In this document: piece after piece, positions 60,103-64,000 of the stretch
How positions within the stretch are numbered: position 1 is the stretch's first letter
Layout: every line of letters starts with the position of its first letter
Assembly (NCBI GenBank): GCA_002269645.1
Contig: NIVC01000758.1
Span: 62,001 to 126,000, forward strand
Source: Macrostomum lignano
Lineage: Eukaryota
Reading direction: 5' to 3'
DNA: 64,000 nucleotides
The notes under the pieces: model-generated
Told to the model about the DNA's origin: nothing
Database searches by the model: none
What the model saw: the letters and a program-made list of their open reading frames with translations, nothing else
Program-made: the position numbers and the translations under genes

Positions 60103-60625
60103 GCCGCCTGAACGAGGCTGCTCGCATTCGCCGAACCAAGCAGGCCATGGCTAAATGAAGCTTTACATTTCTTGGAAACAAAATGCGTTCTAAAATTTTA
60201 TTACCTAATTCTCTTCTGTCCATGCTGATTCTCATGAAATCGAAAATGCGATAACCATGCCGCCCATTGCTCCAAATAGAAGCCCAGCAACAACCTGCCA
60301 CCTCAGCTGCTTCTACATCCCCTGACTTTTGCTGCTTACTTGATGACTGTTATTAAAAGCGATAATAAAATTCTCACTACCTCGGCCTATCGGCAATAAT
60401 AAACTTTTTTTCTGTTCATCTCAGCTGGCTTTCTAAATCTGTCGCATTGTCCGCGATAACAATTGAAAATTCTGAGAACAATGGCTTTGAGTTCGACTGA
60501 GTTCTTGCTGCAGTTTGCTGAAGACTAACTTAGGACTGAGCGACAGTTTAGGAAAGCATTCTGCAGCGTCACATTGTGCGTGCTTGGCGTGAATGCAGCA
60601 GTGCGCCACTCCGCCTGCGCTTCCG

Positions 60626-61655
<1,030 letters not shown>

Positions 61656-62769
61656 GAAAACGTGACTAAGAAACTCCAGGCACTAGAATTGATGAAAATC
61701 AAACAACGAGCAGTGAAAGTTTGCCAAAGCGGGCAAAAATCCAAAGCGAAAGTCTGCCGATGAAGCTGCGGGCATCCACCGAGCGGCCTTTCACAGTTTT
61801 ATTTCTGATAAAGTCACGAATTTCATGAGCGAGGAAAATCTCAGTCAGCTTATAAATGTGAGGATTTTTTACTATAGAGAAATCTGCGAATTTCGGCCTT
61901 ATCGCCCCCACATACACTACTCACACTATAACTTGAAAGAGTAGTAAAATGAGGAAACGAATAAGTAAAATCTTAATTCTTATTTGCAAAAAAAATCTGA
62001 CTCGACGGATAAAAGAATTTGCGGCGGCGAATCACAGACTGAGGCGGTTTGAAGGCTTCGGTGTGCTCGGGTTTTCAGTTGCTATGGGCGGTGCGCGAAT
62101 GCTCAAGAATTACAACAGAGAGAGAGAGGGGGAAGATGGGGCTAGCGAAATGGGCGGCAACGCCTCCTCGCTGTTTCCGGACGCACGGAGCCCCCTGCAG
62201 CTAAGTCAAGTAAGAGGGGGAAGATGAGGCAGAAACCGCTGAGTAGGCAAAGTGGGGATAAATTGGGATAAATCGATGAGTTGCAAAAGACCAGAAAAAT
62301 GTCGATATTACGTCGATTGCAGAAATTTGCTCCATGCAGCTGAGCAATGGCTACATTTCCAGCCTGTGCAGCAGTGGCCTGAGTACAGCGATAGAAGGCA
62401 GGTGAGCGAACGAATCATCAGATGACACAATTTGGTGCGCAAGATGTGGTAAGCTTTGATTAAATAATTATGCAGCTGCTGCTAGTTTAAGATCTCTGTG
62501 ACTCAACAGTACTTCAAGTATTTCACGTAGCTTAAGCTAAATTTGAATTCGCGCCAAAATACGCGTTTTTGAACATTTTTTAACGCCCCACAAAAGTCCT
62601 TAAGAACCCTAAAACCACTTTAAATCTTCCTGTTTCACTCTGTGTTTCGTTTTGTTTTACTACTGTCATCTTGGCGCGAGTTTGAATGGAATCGAATTTT
62701 TATCGATCACAATCAGGCTTAATTGTGTCTCTTTATTTGTTTGTTTCTGCTTTCTAGGAGTTTCTGCTG

Positions 62770-63385
62770 TCAGTCAGCGCCGCCCTTGGCCGGCAGCCGG
62801 GCGAACACCAGCTCCAGCGCCAGCTCGGACGCCAGCAGGCGGTCCAGCTCGGCCAGCAGCGGCCGCAGCGCCGATTCCAGCGACCGCAGCAGCGCCGGCT
62901 GTGTAATTCGCTGGCCGGCCGTCCAGCTAGCGCCCTCGGCCAGCCCGGCGCGCACGCAGACGGCGAATTCGGCTGGGCAGCCGCCACCAAGCGCCTCGCC
63001 GTCGTCTGTCGGATCTTCTTCATCGACGCTCGCGGCTTCGGCGGCTTCGTTAACGGCGGCGACGACAGCTCCGGCCAGGCGGTTCGCCCAGCGCAGACAG
63101 TCGGCCGGGCTGCCCTCAGAGAGGTCGCCTTCCCGGATGGCGTGCAACCGCGTGCAGCGGACGGTCCGCTGGCCGCCAGGTGCCAGGCGGATCGTCCGGC
63201 AGCCCGTCAGCGGCTGGCCGTCCACCAGGCTGATCCAGCGCTCCGAGTTGCTGAACTCGCAGCCGGCCTCAGACGGCGAAGTTCGCCGCTCCTTGTCGTC
63301 GTCCTGGCGCGTCTGCCAGACAAACTCGACGAGATCGCCGGCCGAGTCGGCGGCCGAACAAACGGCCGACCAGGTGCGCATTGAC
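62770..63385 (-). CDS. ZFYVE9: SARA/endofin (ZFYVE9/16)-like, terminal exon (C-terminal DUF3480-type region)
   Basis: Phase-2 join gives SIVEDGVLVQLTDDQMARLRDALRSMRTW; WISLVDGQPL, LESALRPLL, LELVF resemble the SARA C-terminus as recalled. Confidence 0.75.
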
Positions 63386-63404
63386 CTGCGGGCGCGGTTT
63401 TGGA

Positions 63405-63885
63405 GTGGGGATTGTGGGTGGGGTTTTTGGGGTGGGTTTTGCAGAATGGGGTTTGTAGGGTGGGGTTTGTAGGGTGGGGTTTGTGGGGTGGGGTTTGTAG
63501 GGCGGGGGTTTGTGGGGTGGGGTTTGTAGGGTGGGGTTTGTAGGATGGGGTTTGTAGGATGGGGTTTGTAGGGTGGGGTTTGTAGGATGGGGTTTGTGGG
63601 GTGGGGTTTGTAGGGTGGGGTTTGTAGGTTGGGGTTTGTAGGGTGGGGTTTGTGGGTGGGGGGTTTGTAGGGTGGGGTTTGTAGGATGGGGTTTGTAGGG
63701 TGGGGTTTTTAGGGTGGGGTTTGTGGGGTGGGGTTTGTAGGATGGGGTTTGTAGGATGGGGTTTGTGGGGTGGGGTTTGTAGGATGGGGTTTGTAGGATG
63801 GGGTTTGTAGGGTGGGGTTTGTAGGATGGGGTTTGTAGGGTGGGGGTTTGTGGGGTGGGGTTTGTGGGGTGGGGTTTGTGGAGTT
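63405..63885. repeat. G-rich 15-bp-type repeat (GGGTGGGGTTTGTAG) filling the SARA intron
   Basis: Occupies most of intron 63386-63909. Confidence 0.93.
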
Positions 63886-63909
63886 TGCGAGCTTGAGCTG
63901 GGGCCTCAC

Positions 63910-64000
63910 CTGAGTGCATCTCTCAGCCGGGCCATCTGATCATCGGTGAGCTGCACTAGCACGCCGTCCTCTACGATGCTAGCCCGATTCTGGGCGAATG
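63910..64000 (-). CDS. ZFYVE9: SARA/endofin-like penultimate exon (runs off window)
   Basis: FAQNRASIVEDGVLVQLTDDQMARLRDALR; donor ag|GTGAG at 63909. Confidence 0.78.

Noticed and set aside
62723-63472. 249-aa plus-strand ORF and similar GC-rich ORFs opposite cadherin, DGK and pol exons
   Set aside because: Antisense or alternate-frame shadows of GC-rich coding exons

Overview
Animal genomic DNA with GC-rich exons and AT-rich or minisatellite-filled GT-AG introns. The style resembles the flatworm Macrostomum, but that is inference. Minus-strand genes: a Fat-like giant cadherin (10 coding exons traced with matching splice phases, 24326 to <1), a type I diacylglycerol kinase (4 exons, 5' end not found), a neurocalcin/hippocalcin-like calcium sensor (2 exons) and the 3' end of a SARA/ZFYVE9-like gene. 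Plus-strand genes: a solitary replication-dependent histone H4, and a secreted signal peptide-PAN-mucin-ALK/LTK-type glycine-rich protein with three homopolymer frameshifts. Mobile DNA: a very young Ty3/Gypsy (Mag-like) LTR element at 49098-53842 with a 5-bp TSD, nested in a repeat whose empty-site paralogue is at ~31.4 kb; a decayed BEL/Pao remnant; hAT- and Harbinger-type MITEs; and a tRNA-derived SINE-like head. The most unusual signal is that many introns carry a private minisatellite next to a splice site, and three arrays are tandem amplifications of the exon end or splice donor itself (e.g. ~22 extra CAG|GTGAGA donors). Also notable are two orphan histone-type stem-loops upstream of H4 and three compensating frameshifts hidden inside the apparently intact gag-pol ORF. 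Most long ORFs in the supplied track are repeat artefacts.
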